A stretch of 60,220 nucleotides of DNA, filler included. It is 6 parts of 6 records of this genome, joined end to end, with 100 filler letters (N's around TTAATTAATTAA, not from the genome) between each part and the next. Parts side by side here need not be neighbours in the genome. Positions count along the whole stretch, not along the records: positions 18,029 to 23,688 come from SRR31147125_11372; positions 23,789 to 49,088 come from SRR31147125_11379; 4 more parts are not named here. One strand, given 5' to 3'. Position numbers and translations under genes: made by a program. Positions 21,669 to 32,924 of the stretch are shown here, one piece after another; the stretch's first letter is position 1, and every line of letters starts with the position of its first letter. Below the pieces are notes generated by a model. The model did not search any database and was not told the DNA's origin. It saw only the letters and a list, made by a program, of their open reading frames with translations.

Positions 21669-21718
21669 AGTGCTGTTTCCTTTAATCTATCACTCTGAAT
21701 TTAGGCAATTCAGAAAAT

Positions 21719-22417
21719 TTAAGCAGCCTCTTGTAACGCGTTTTTATCAACCCGAATTCCGGGACCCATTGTACTGGATAAGGTGATACTCTTCATATAG
21801 ATCCCCTTTGCTGTCGATGGTTTAAGCCGAGTAATCACATCGATAACAGCCTGAATGTTTTCCCGGAGCTGCGGAACTTCAAAGGATTTCTTACCAACGG
21901 CGGCATGAACGATACCGTAACGATCAACCCGAAAAGCAATCTTTCCACCCTTTGCGTCCGATACAGCCTGACCAACATCAAAAGTAACTGTGCCAGTTTT
22001 TGGATTCGGCATCAAACCTCTGGGTCCTAAAACCCGGCCTAATTTTCCAACCTGGGCCATAATATCAGGAGTGGCAATAACAACATCAAAATCAAACCAT
22101 CCACCCTGTATCTTGGCAACAAGATCATCCGATCCAACAAAATCCGCACCAGCTTCCTGTGCTTCTTTTTCTTTTGCGCCTTTTGTGAGAACCAGCACAC
22201 GTACTTTTTTGCCAGTACCGTGCGGTAAAATCACTGTACCACGAACCATTTGATCGGCTTTTCGAGGATCAACACCAAGCCGTACACTCATTTCGACAGA
22301 CTCGTCAAATTTGGCCGTAGCTGTTTCTTTTACTTTATCAATGGCCTCACCAAGCGCATGCAAAACTGTACGATCTACTTTTGAGGCTGCTTCTGAATAT
22401 CTTTTACTGTGCTTCAT
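21719..22417 (-). CDS. rplA: 50S ribosomal protein L1
   Basis: [47 protein letters not shown]. Confidence 0.99.
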   Translation of the reverse strand: MKHSKRYSEAASKVDRTVLHALGEAIDKVKETATAKFDESVEMSVRLGVDPRKADQMVRGTVILPHGTGKKVRVLVLTKGAKEKEAQEAGADFVGSDDLVAKIQGGWFDFDVVIATPDIMAQVGKLGRVLGPRGLMPNPKTGTVTFDVGQAVSDAKGGKIAFRVDRYGIVHAAVGKKSFEVPQLRENIQAVIDVITRLKPSTAKGIYMKSITLSSTMGPGIRVDKNALQEAA

Positions 22418-22468
22418 GACTTCTCCGAAAACACTATATTTCTATTAATCAAATACCGCGTAACTTAT

Positions 22469-22891
22469 TTATTCTACAACAATTCCCATGCTTCGAGCTG
22501 TTCCTTCGACCATTCGCATGGCCATATCAATATCGTTTGCGTTCAAGTCCGGCATCTTTGTTTCAGCTATCTCCCGAACCTGATCTTTTGTCACTGTCCC
22601 AACTTTTTCTTTGTTGGGTTCTCCGGAACCTTTCGCCAGCCCAGCCGCTTTTTTTAACAATACAGCTGCCGGAGGTGTTTTTGTAATAAAAGTAAATGAG
22701 TGATCCACATATACAGTTATAACAACCGGGATAATAAGTCCTTGCTTATCCTGCGTTCTGGCATTAAACGCTTTACAGAACTCCATAATATTCACTCCAT
22801 GCTGACCAAGAGCTGGTCCAACAGGCGGTGAAGGATTTGCATTACCAGCAGGTATTTGGAGTTTTATCAAACCAATAACTTTTTTTGCCAT
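22469..22891 (-). CDS. rplK: 50S ribosomal protein L11
   Basis: [34 protein letters not shown]. Confidence 0.99.
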   Translation of the reverse strand: MAKKVIGLIKLQIPAGNANPSPPVGPALGQHGVNIMEFCKAFNARTQDKQGLIIPVVITVYVDHSFTFITKTPPAAVLLKKAAGLAKGSGEPNKEKVGTVTKDQVREIAETKMPDLNANDIDMAMRMVEGTARSMGIVVE

Positions 22892-22903
22892 AAGTCTTTT
22901 TCC

Positions 22904-23464
22904 CTATGCTTCCAATTCTATCTGTAAAAAATCAAGTTCCACAGGCGTGGACCTTCCGAAAATGCTTACCATTACTTTTACTTTATTTTTCTCTTCATTG
23001 ACTTCTTCAATAAAGCCAGTGAAATCCGTAAAGGGTCCATCGACAACTTTGATTGGATCACCCACATGAAACGGCACGCGCCCTCTGTCTTTCTTGCCTT
23101 CTTCAACACGTCCCATAATACGCTCTGCTTCCTCACTCTTTAGAGGAACAGGCTCATTTTTTCGACCGACAAAATTGGTCACACCGGGCGTATTAAGAAT
23201 TAAATGTCTCGTATCTTTATCAAATACCATTCGTACGAGCATATAGCCGGGAAACATTGTTTTTGTGCGGATCCGTTTTTTCCCCTCTTTCATTTCTGTA
23301 ATTTTCTCAGAAGGAACGAGGACCTGGTCAATCTTTTCTGAAAGATTTGCATGCTTTGCCTCATTCTCCAGATAGGCCTTTACCTTACTTTCATGACCGG
23401 AGAGAACATGGATTGCATACCACCTTAGGCTTTCTGATCCCTTTAATTCTTCTTGCTCCACCAA
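22904..23464 (-). CDS. nusG: Transcription termination/antitermination factor NusG
   Basis: WYAIHVLSGHE, FPGYMLV, TPGVTNFVG, KOW motif, IFGRSTPVELDF. Confidence 0.98.
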   Translation of the reverse strand: MVEQEELKGSESLRWYAIHVLSGHESKVKAYLENEAKHANLSEKIDQVLVPSEKITEMKEGKKRIRTKTMFPGYMLVRMVFDKDTRHLILNTPGVTNFVGRKNEPVPLKSEEAERIMGRVEEGKKDRGRVPFHVGDPIKVVDGPFTDFTGFIEEVNEEKNKVKVMVSIFGRSTPVELDFLQIELEA

Positions 23465-23501
23465 TTATGACCCTTTTTTTTATACGGACATAATTTATAC
23501 A

Positions 23502-23684
23502 CTAGTAGATCAAACTGATAACTCTTGAAAGCAGATGATCAATTCCAAATATAAAACTTGCAAAAAACAAAGAGACAACGATAACAATTATTGTTTGTCC
23601 CTTTAATTCCGCACGGCTAGGCCAACTTACTTTGGCCATTTCCGTATTGACATCTTTGAGAAATTTGCTGAATCTTTGTAGCAT
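23502..23684 (-). CDS. secE: Preprotein translocase subunit SecE
   Basis: EMAKVSWPSRAEL plus one TM helix, upstream of nusG. Confidence 0.95.
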   Translation of the reverse strand: MLQRFSKFLKDVNTEMAKVSWPSRAELKGQTIIVIVVSLFFASFIFGIDHLLSRVISLIY

Positions 23685-23688
23685 TTTT

Positions 23689-23788
23689 NNNNNNNNNNNN
23701 NNNNNNNNNNNNNNNNNNNNNNNNNNNNNNNNTTAATTAATTAANNNNNNNNNNNNNNNNNNNNNNNNNNNNNNNNNNNNNNNNNNNN
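23689..23788. other. Artificial contig linker
   Basis: N44-TTAATTAATTAA-N44. Confidence 0.98.
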
Positions 23789-24607
23789 AAAAAGAACATG
23801 ACCCAGTGAATGCGATAACTTTGTGACAGGGAGAGTCATAAGATGATAGGCACGGGAATAAAACCCCAATTGTGACATTCCAAGCAATTTTCCTACAATA
23901 AAATAGTCTATATTTTTTGTAATATCATCTAAAATGTCCTTGCCAGCAAATTGAGCTGAAATTTTCAATAGCGATTTCGCTGACTCTGAGCTAAATTTAA
24001 AACTCGGTTGCCAATCTGTTGAAAAGAGTAGTAAAAAAGTATAACTTAGGCGTCCCACCAACTTTCCAAATACCAAACTCCACACACCAAAACCAGAAAT
24101 GGCCATTCCAATGGCCACTACGCCATTAAAAATAAGCTCTGTAACACCTGCATAGGTTAATATCTTAAAGTCAAGATTTCGACGCGCTAATGCTGTTGGA
24201 ACACTGCAAAAAGCCAATATAATTAAATTTATTGACAAAACAGATAAAATGGGTATGACCATTTTATGATTTAGTACATGTGCTGCTACCGGAGCAAGCC
24301 CAATAATGAGTAGCGCAACAGCAACAGCAGTAATCAGCTGCAAAATAAAAACAGTCGATAAATCCAATCGTGATACTTCTCGACGTTGTATCAGACCAGA
24401 TACATAACTTGAGCTCACTATCGTACTTCCAACTTCAGTAAAAATTAAACAGGCGGCAATCGTACCAAAATCGGAAGGACTTAAAATTCGGGCAAGCACG
24501 ATTCCTATAACAAAGGAAAGAGGTTGACCGATAGCAGTGCTTAAAAGAGTCCAAAGATATCCTATCTTGACCTTGTTACCAAGGTTATATTTTTCTGTAT
24601 GAGCTAT
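23789..24607 (-). CDS. wzx: Wzx/PST-family polysaccharide flippase (3' truncated)
   Basis: LARILSPSDFG, GFGVWSLV, NIDYFIVGKLLG..LGFYSRAY. The frame extends upstream of 24499 (NLGNKVKIGYLW). Confidence 0.88.
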
Positions 24608-24663
24608 GATATTGCCTTTTACTTTTTAACTGTTTAAATATATTTTTATCGAATTATGTTCTT

Positions 24664-25786
24664 TCAATGAGCTGTTCTGGATCTAAAACGTTGTATGACA
24701 TTGTCTTTAAATTTACTGGCACTCTTTCGACTTTTTTCAATCATATACACAATACTGGGTTTAATTGAATTGTTCGAAATTAAAATATCCATCGTTTTAT
24801 AGCCCGATTCAGTCCACCTTAATTTATATGGATTTAATCCCGGGCCTAACTCATAGCAAGATATGTTATTATCAAACAAGCTTTTAATAATGTGATAATC
24901 AAGAAATGTGCCCGGTGAATGCTGGCCGAGATCACGACGATAATCGGCTCTTAATGCATATTCATGACCATTGGTTCTTACATGATATTCAATTGCTGCA
25001 GCCACATTATCAATCCTGACCATATAAATAATGATTGAAGAACCTGGCAAGCCGAATTTTGTCAAGCTTTTAATAAATTTTAAAGAAGCTTTTTGCTTTG
25101 CCAAAGCAACACCTTGATCCTCCTTCCAACTATTTAATGATATGGAAACCATTTCTTCAAATGCCTTTTCCATATTTCCATTTGCGATTGAGTATGTCTC
25201 AATATCTATTTTTCCAAAGCGCTCTAGTCTATTTTTTACACCTCGATTACTTTTTCTAAAGTTTTTTGATAAACTTGAATAATATTCATCCCATGACTTT
25301 TGCATGTTTATATATAAATTAGTATTTACATTACGAACATAGGATCTTTTAAAGAACTGTGATAAATAATGCGGATAAAGCTTGAATATCTTACTGTTTT
25401 CATGAATTTTTTCTAATAAAATGATATCCCACTTTAATTTTTTTAAAAAACGCAAAGATATAGGGTAAAACGGTTTCCAAATTCTCGCTACATATTATAT
25501 TATTCACAAAAACGTCCGGATTTTCAGGAAAAGCCACCGCATTAAGCAGTGTATTTCTAATTTTTATTGGAAATGCACAAAATGGTACAAACCCAACGAT
25601 CTCACGTTGACGTTTTATAGTAAGCACAAATGGATGAGCTTCAAAGAAACCAGCTTCATAAGAATAGTACATCCATTCATGCAGTAAAAAAGGGACATGA
25701 TCAGGTTGAGAAAGAACGATTTGATTCCAATGTTCTTTTATTGCCATAAATTCGCTTTTGTAATCCATCAATTCTACGTGATACAT
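24664..25786 (-). CDS. CelD/BcsL-like GNAT acyltransferase (frameshifted near 25450)
   Basis: PFLLHEW, SWDEYYSSLSKNFRK, SPGTFL, YELGPG..YKLRWT; two overlapping ORFs. Confidence 0.78.
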
Positions 25787-25860
25787 AATCTGATACTTTT
25801 CATTTACCTTTCATGCTGAACAAAAATCTTTATTTTTCAAAAATACTTTTCATTTTTACT

Positions 25861-27762
25861 TTATTTATTTTGCAAAGTAGCGAGGTCATTCCCATCAATA
25901 TATATACGATGCCACCCCTCCAGCATCATCAATAACCACGTCAAAGAACCATAGTAAGGTGTATTATCCGTTAGCTGTAATTGCCAAAGTTTATGAATAT
26001 ATTCCCTATTAAGGTACCCACGCTGCAAATGCACTTTATTAAATAATAATTCATATGCATAATCTTTAATTTTAGGTTCGTTACGTAACCAATTGGAAAT
26101 CGGCAATCCAAATCCGTGTTTCTGTTTATCGATTATTTCCTGGGGAAGGAAATCCTGGAACGCTTTTTTAAAAATATGCCGTAAGCCGGATGTCCCTTTT
26201 AATTTCAGATTGACCGGGATTCGAAATCCCAAATCAATAACAGGGGAATCCAGAAGTGGGTATCGAACACGCACATGCGCCAAATCACACATTCGACTGA
26301 CTTTGCGAAGATCATTATCAGTAATGGTCATTTTCATATCGAGATACAAATGACGGTCAAGGGCTTCCGCATTTTTCAATTGATTAAAATGTTTTTCGAC
26401 TATTCCCTCAACAAATTCTATATCACACGTTTCCAGGAATGCCGGGGTAAACATTTCTTCATATGTTACATAACGATAGGAATATATCCGACGCGCATCC
26501 GGCATTTTTGCCCGTCGAATATAACGTCCACCCTTTTGGAATAAAGGAAAGGGGATTTTTTCAAGTCTATTTAACAATAAAGGTTCGATTAAACCATTAC
26601 GAAGAAGAGAAGGAATTTTAAAATAATTGCGAAAAACCTGTTGGGTACCATAGCGCTCATTTCCACTAAAAACTTCATCGCCGCCATCACCAGCCAGCAT
26701 ATAATGAAAACCGTTTTGTTCAGCCAGTTTGGCACAAAAATAAGCAGGTGTGACTGAAGAGTTTCCAAAAGGTTCATCATAACATCTGACAATATTCGGA
26801 AATGACTGCACTAAATCCTCAGGAGTAATATAATATTCATGATGTTCGAGGCCAAAAGCCTTTGCCGCTATGCGAGCATAAGACATTTCATCATAACCCG
26901 CCTCTGAAAATCCCATAGAATACGCATTAACCGGCTCTTTTGTCATCTGACTCAACAAACCGCATATAGAACTACTATCCGTGCCTCCACTTAAAAAACA
27001 GGCCACCTCTTTTTCTGCTGCCATGCCATTATTCATAACTTTGACAGCGTCTTTTATCGTACTATGCACATTTCTTGCAATATCATCCTCTTTTTCAGAT
27101 AATTTCGGAGAGTTCATAATATCCCAGTATCTGAATAGTACGTGATTGTGATCATCTGCCTTTAGCAGAACTCCCGGTTCCAGTTTATATAAACCTTTAA
27201 AAATGGTATTCGGAGAGGGGATCATTTCATAATACAAATAGGCAAAAATAGAATTATTATCTACATCAAGTGGCTTGCAAACCTGACGGATTGCATTAAT
27301 ACGTGAGCTTAAATAATATGTATTACCTTGCTTGAGCCAATATAATGGACGGATACCAACACGATCGGTTGCAGCAACAACCTTTTTTGTGTTCTTTTCA
27401 AAGATAATAATCGAAAAAGAGCCCCGAAAGTGTTTGGCCCATTCCGATGGATTCGCAGCGTAACACCTGGCCACGATAGAGCCGATCTCATCTTTTGGTA
27501 ATCCATATTGATTCGCCAGCTCTGGAAGATTATGTATATCAGCAACTCCTATTATGTTTATTTTTTCATCCTGGTAAGAAAATAAACTTGGACTCCAGTG
27601 TGATTCGCTCCATTGCCCTCCTGCCATAGCCCACATTTCACCGACCTGTTTAGAGAATGTTAATTGTTCACCATCCGAAAGACTCCTGGCCATTTTTTCA
27701 ATTTTTGATGAAATGGCTTCCGCCTGACCGTCGTATGAGATAATAGCACAAATACCTTCCAT
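25861..27762 (-). CDS. Asparagine synthase-like amide ligase lacking the N-terminal catalytic Cys
   Basis: DRVGIRPLY, FLSGGTDSS, DEPFGNSS, LAGDGGDEVFSG, KHGFGLP; starts MEGIC rather than MCGI. Confidence 0.88.
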   Translation of the reverse strand: MEGICAIISYDGQAEAISSKIEKMARSLSDGEQLTFSKQVGEMWAMAGGQWSESHWSPSLFSYQDEKINIIGVADIHNLPELANQYGLPKDEIGSIVARCYAANPSEWAKHFRGSFSIIIFEKNTKKVVAATDRVGIRPLYWLKQGNTYYLSSRINAIRQVCKPLDVDNNSIFAYLYYEMIPSPNTIFKGLYKLEPGVLLKADDHNHVLFRYWDIMNSPKLSEKEDDIARNVHSTIKDAVKVMNNGMAAEKEVACFLSGGTDSSSICGLLSQMTKEPVNAYSMGFSEAGYDEMSYARIAAKAFGLEHHEYYITPEDLVQSFPNIVRCYDEPFGNSSVTPAYFCAKLAEQNGFHYMLAGDGGDEVFSGNERYGTQQVFRNYFKIPSLLRNGLIEPLLLNRLEKIPFPLFQKGGRYIRRAKMPDARRIYSYRYVTYEEMFTPAFLETCDIEFVEGIVEKHFNQLKNAEALDRHLYLDMKMTITDNDLRKVSRMCDLAHVRVRYPLLDSPVIDLGFRIPVNLKLKGTSGLRHIFKKAFQDFLPQEIIDKQKHGFGLPISNWLRNEPKIKDYAYELLFNKVHLQRGYLNREYIHKLWQLQLTDNTPYYGSLTWLLMMLEGWHRIYIDGNDLATLQNK

Positions 27763-27869
27763 TAATTCACCTATGTTTAGTCTTAAAATAAATTATAGAA
27801 TGATGGAATCAATTTGGAACGACTATTGATTAAGATAAAGATTATCGGTATTCAACATTAAACGACTTG

Positions 27870-29747
27870 CTAAATTCGACGTGAAGATGAATCCATAAAA
27901 GTTTGAAACCACATTTCTAACATCAGCAACATATAAATCCATCCACTATAATCACGTTTTCCCTGTTTATGATATTTCAATACCTTTTCAACAACATCTG
28001 TTTTGAAAAGACCACGTTCTCGACATTTTTTATCCAGTAGCACATCCTGGGTATAGCCGTTTAGCGTTGTTTTAAACCATTGATTGACCGGTACAGCAAA
28101 TCCATGCTTAGGTTTTGTGAGAATTTCAGGGGAACATATTTCTTTAACATTTTTTTCAACAAATACTTACTTGTTCCATTTTTCATCTTTAAGTTTACAG
28201 GTAATTGACTTGCAAATTCAACCACCCTGTAATCCAGTAATGGGGCACGTGTTTCAAGCGAGTTCCCCATACTCATTCGATCTACTTTAACTAATATGTC
28301 ACCAGGTAAATAGAGTTTTTTGTCAATATATTGTAAACGGGTCAGTTTATCTGAAAAATGATATTTTGCTATTAATTGTTGAATGTGGTCACCAACATTA
28401 TTTTTGTTTAACTGCCGAATCAAGCTGGAGGATAAAACATCCTCTCTGATATAGGGGAAAAACCCTAACACCTCTGGCCCATCTTCAACAGAGGCAGAAG
28501 CCACATATTTTAATAAATTACGCATAGGTGCATTTATTGGTATCACTTGAGCAAGTTCACCAAAAATCATTTTTCTCAAAGCTCTGGGCAACCGAATCAA
28601 ATAATCGTATTGATTTCTCTTTTGATAACTGTTGTACCCGGCAAACAATTCATCCCCTCCATCACCGGAAAGGATAACAGTCACATGTTCCCGCGCCATC
28701 TTTGACACATAATAAGTAGGAATGGCCGATGAATCAGCAAATGGTTCATCAAAATGCCAGACCAGTTTGGGCAACAGTTGGATAGCATCGGTATTCACTT
28801 TTAATACTTTGTGATCAGTGTGACAATGCTTCGAAACCTTATGTGCCTCTTCCAACTCTGAGAAGGTTTTTTCGGCAAAATCTATTGTAAAAGTTTGCAC
28901 AGGTTGCGAATTTTGCTTCGCCATCATTGCTACAATCGCACTGGAATCAATTCCGCCACTTAAAAAAGCACCTAAAGGCACATCACTAATCATTCGACAA
29001 CGGACAGCGTCCAAAAGCAACGATTCCAATTCCTCCGCGTAATCATCTTCAGACCGGGAAAAGACTGGTTGCGGATTTGGTAAATCCCAATATTTTTTCT
29101 TCACAATAACCGTTTTTAAATACCAGGTAACTTGCCTCCTGAATTTTAGAGATATTTTTAAAAATTGTCCAGGGGGCAGGGATATATCCTAAAGTAAAAT
29201 ATAAATTCAAGGCAGCCATATCCAATTCACGCGGAACATTTTGCATCATCAAAATAGCTTTTAACTCAGATGCAAAAACAAACTGTTCACCGTTGTGGAA
29301 ATAATAGAGTGGCTTTTTACCTAATCTATCTCTTGCAAGAAACAGCTTCTGATGCTTTTTATCCCAAAGGGCAAATGAAAACATACCATTTAAATATTTT
29401 ACACATTCATCATTATAAAAATGGTATGCCGCTATGATAACTTCAGTATCAGAGTGCGTTAAAAAACGAAAACCCTTTTTTATTAACTGATCTCGCAATT
29501 CTAAAAAATTATATATCTCTCCATTAAAGGCGATTACATACCGTTCTTGCCAATCTTGCATTGGTTGATCACCAGTATTGAGATCAATAATAGAGAGTCT
29601 TGTATGCCCTAAAGCAATGTTCTCATCGACATATTTCCCTTCACTATCGGGGCCCCGATGCGCCAATAGTTTTCCCATATTGTCCAGGAGCTGTCCGCAT
29701 TCTTCCGAACTTTTATGTTCAGGTAAAAAGCCGAAAATTCCACACAT
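27870..29747 (-). CDS. asnB: Asparagine synthase (glutamine-hydrolysing) family amidotransferase (three frameshifts)
   Basis: MCGIFG, HRGPD, RLSIID, FNGEIYN, FLSGGIDSS, SGDGGDELFAGY. The C-terminus KHGFAVP..LEMWFQTF..SRRI* is recovered manually to 27870. Confidence 0.9.
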
Positions 29748-29752
29748 AAAAT

Positions 29753-31969
29753 TTACCTTTGTAAAAAGTCAAGCCATCCCATTAATTCTAAACGAGTGCG
29801 TCTGTGGGAGAAAACCAGATTCTCTGAAAGATAACTCGCATCACGCCTGTGTATAACATATGGATTGACATTTTTTTTATTAATGCCATTAAAAGTTGAA
29901 AAGGCCAAATCATAACCCGAATCTTTTAGCATGGATTGACACTTTGAATTTTGCCTTCCCCAGGGATAGGCAAATGTTTTTACCGAACAATCAAATGTTT
30001 GTTCAATAATACCTTTAGAAGAATTTACCTCATGATATAATGTTTTGTCATCTAATGTATCCATATACAAATGACGCATTGAATGGGCACCTAATGTAAC
30101 AAGCCCGCTATCGAGTAAGGTTCTCGTCTCTTCTTTGGACATGACTTTCATATCATTGGATAAAGATAAATCCTCTGATAATTTGTGCAACCGGTTACAG
30201 AATGTTTCGCGTAACTTTTCATCATTCAGGTTTAGCACTCTAACGATCTCGCGTATCATTTGAAAAACATCACGCTTTTCAAAAGAACCGTTTTGGATAA
30301 AAAGCCACTCGTATTCTTCATTCAACTCTCTCCACGACTCAGGGTGTTGATGGAACAAGGCGTGTAAACGCTTTATGACATCACACCACCATATATCTTT
30401 TCCGGACGAAATAGTATCACCTACAAGAAACACAAAAAATGGCACGTTATATTTTTTGAGTACCGGAAAAGCGTAGGAATAAATATCTTGAAATCCATCA
30501 TCGAAAGTAATTGTGAATACAGGCTCATCAAATCCATGAGAGCTTTTCATACGATCCGCTATTTCTTCCAAACCTACTGCTTTGGCATTTTCTGAAAGAT
30601 ATCCCACCTGTTTTTCAAAAGTTTCGAGAGGTATAGACTGCTGAGGTTGTAATAGTGTATGCCATTTCTCAAAAGGGACAACCTGATGAGAACCAATAAC
30701 ATGTAATCCATTGGCAATGTGTGCTTTACTCACCTTCAAAGTGACTGATAATGTATTCAGCAAGGATTTTTTTGCAAGAGTTTTAATATTACTGTTTTTC
30801 TTTCGATTATCGGAAAAGGATCTGCTGTATAAATAAGCATAGTGATTCATGGTTTGGAACAGATCGTGCTTATTTTCAATGCCTTTTCTGGCGTTCTGAC
30901 CTAATTGATTTCGACATTTTTCATCATTCAGTAAAAGTCCGAGAGCATTTGCAAGCTCTTGAGGCGATTTTGTGGGTACCAATAGTCCATTTACCTTATT
31001 ATCAATAATATAAGGAGTCCCTCCCACAGCTGTTGCGACAACCGGTTTCGCCATGGCCATTGCTTCAAGAATAGTATTGCTCATTCCTTCATATATCGAT
31101 GAATTTACATATATATCAAAAGCGCCTATTACTTTGGGTATATCTTTTTGCATTCCTAAAAATGTAGTGGCATTTGTAATACCAAGTGCATGTGCCTTCT
31201 CGCGAAGTTTTTCAGTGTAATCTCCATACCCAACGATTGCAAGATGCACATCATTTCTGTTACGCTTCACCTCAGCAAAGGCTGACATTAAATTCTCAAT
31301 ATTCTTGACGGGTCGCAAAAAACCAACCACAGTACCAATAATAATAGAATTTAAAGGTAGTTTTAACTCACGCCGATTTTGTTTCTGATCATAATCCAAT
31401 TGAAAACGAGTCAGATCGACTCCATTTTTTATACTCACTATTTGCCAGGGGAAGAGTATATTTAACTTTTGCCAATCTGAGGCGATATCATCAGAAACGG
31501 TTGTCATCATATCATATAGCGGTAGTAATAATCTATTTACAATACGACGTTTTGTCTTAAATTCGTTATGCTCTGCTTCCCGCCCATGTTCGCCATGAAT
31601 TGACACGGCAACACCAGCAAGTCTGGCAGCCAATATCGAATAAAGCATTGTCGCCCAATTGTGGGAATGAATAATATCGAATTTATTTTCCCGCAATATT
31701 TTAGCTAGTTGCCAAACCAAACGCCAATCAAATCCTGAACGTCGTGTTAATTTGATGAGATTCACTTCAGAAGGTACCTTTGCCAGAGCTTCCTCTTGAT
31801 GACCACTAAAATAAATAATCGTCATATCAAAAGGCCCTTTTATCAAAGCTGTCGATTGCTTAACAACTCCGAGTTCAGTGCCTGACATCGTCAGGTAGCT
31901 TAAAACATGAGCAATACGAATTTTCTCACCAGAATACGTTTTATTTTCTGAAACATGGGCCATAATCAT
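29753..31969 (-). CDS. GT4 glycosyltransferase fused to a NodB-type polysaccharide deacetylase
   Basis: IHSHNW, HGEHG, EGMSNTILEAMA (GT4); TFDDG, GAHSMRH, FAYPWG (CE4). Confidence 0.88.
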   Translation of the reverse strand: MIMAHVSENKTYSGEKIRIAHVLSYLTMSGTELGVVKQSTALIKGPFDMTIIYFSGHQEEALAKVPSEVNLIKLTRRSGFDWRLVWQLAKILRENKFDIIHSHNWATMLYSILAARLAGVAVSIHGEHGREAEHNEFKTKRRIVNRLLLPLYDMMTTVSDDIASDWQKLNILFPWQIVSIKNGVDLTRFQLDYDQKQNRRELKLPLNSIIIGTVVGFLRPVKNIENLMSAFAEVKRNRNDVHLAIVGYGDYTEKLREKAHALGITNATTFLGMQKDIPKVIGAFDIYVNSSIYEGMSNTILEAMAMAKPVVATAVGGTPYIIDNKVNGLLVPTKSPQELANALGLLLNDEKCRNQLGQNARKGIENKHDLFQTMNHYAYLYSRSFSDNRKKNSNIKTLAKKSLLNTLSVTLKVSKAHIANGLHVIGSHQVVPFEKWHTLLQPQQSIPLETFEKQVGYLSENAKAVGLEEIADRMKSSHGFDEPVFTITFDDGFQDIYSYAFPVLKKYNVPFFVFLVGDTISSGKDIWWCDVIKRLHALFHQHPESWRELNEEYEWLFIQNGSFEKRDVFQMIREIVRVLNLNDEKLRETFCNRLHKLSEDLSLSNDMKVMSKEETRTLLDSGLVTLGAHSMRHLYMDTLDDKTLYHEVNSSKGIIEQTFDCSVKTFAYPWGRQNSKCQSMLKDSGYDLAFSTFNGINKKNVNPYVIHRRDASYLSENLVFSHRRTRLELMGWLDFLQR

Positions 31970-31982
31970 ATCTTCTTTTGAT

Positions 31983-32924
31983 TCATTTCCGATTCAACGT
32001 TTTGTGTAGTATCAACAACCATATGATTATTAATATGTTGATCGCTATTTTGATGAAGCTTATTACCTCCTTGTATAAGATTTCCTGACATTCGGGTTGA
32101 GTTGCCGAATGATTACTATTTTTTAAAACAAGAAGGCTCACTCTATCAGAATAGTTCTTTTTTAGTAACCAAGGTTGAATTAATCGTTTAAATTCCTGAT
32201 AATAGACATCTTTTTCACCATATATAAAAAAAAGCTTCCGTCCACTGATAATATATTTTTCCAAATGATCCAATAATAATTCATGATAAGTAATATTACT
32301 ATTTATAGGGATCTTGTTGTTTCGAATGACATTACCATTTTTTAACAGGATACCGAGCGATTGAATGAGCACTTTTGGTTCACGAATGGCCGAGAATAAT
32401 TTTTTCCATTCTTCTTTTGATTTCATTCTGTTCAGTATGCTCCTGGATCCACTTTTATTCATCTCAACATCTAACGGTGCACCCTCGACATCTGCTGGCA
32501 ATCCCATAATTATCAAAAACTTAACATCATGTTGATCTACTGCTGTTAAAAGTGAAGTAATTGCACCACCACAAAGGCCGAAAAGGGCCACATCACCGAT
32601 ATTTTCTGTTTTTTTTACATTACTCAGAATAAATCTAAAAGAATCTATAAAATAGCCATGCTGAAACTGATACCATAAATAAAAAACAGAATCACTATTA
32701 AAATCTCCTTCACTGTCACCAATCCCCGGAAAATCAAATCTGAAAGAGTTAATACCAGCTTTGGCCAGGTGTCTTGATAATTTTACATAAAGTCTGTGCG
32801 GACCGACTCTATATTTCAAACCTGCCGGAGGCATGATAACAGTATGTTGATTTGGTGTATTGGAATAATGAAATACCCCCCACATATCCTGCTTTTTGTA
32901 GTTTATCTTTAATAGCTTTTCCAT
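31983..32924 (-). CDS. Alpha/beta hydrolase with Cys nucleophile (exosortase-A-system hydrolase 1-like)
   Basis: YRVGPHRLYVKLSR, FRFDFPGIGDSEG, FGLCGGA, YGEKD, NSNH. Confidence 0.75.
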   Translation of the reverse strand: MEKLLKINYKKQDMWGVFHYSNTPNQHTVIMPPAGLKYRVGPHRLYVKLSRHLAKAGINSFRFDFPGIGDSEGDFNSDSVFYLWYQFQHGYFIDSFRFILSNVKKTENIGDVALFGLCGGAITSLLTAVDQHDVKFLIIMGLPADVEGAPLDVEMNKSGSRSILNRMKSKEEWKKLFSAIREPKVLIQSLGILLKNGNVIRNNKIPINSNITYHELLLDHLEKYIISGRKLFFIYGEKDVYYQEFKRLIQPWLLKKNYSDRVSLLVLKNSNHSATQPECQEILYKEVISFIKIAINILIIIWLLILHKTLNRK

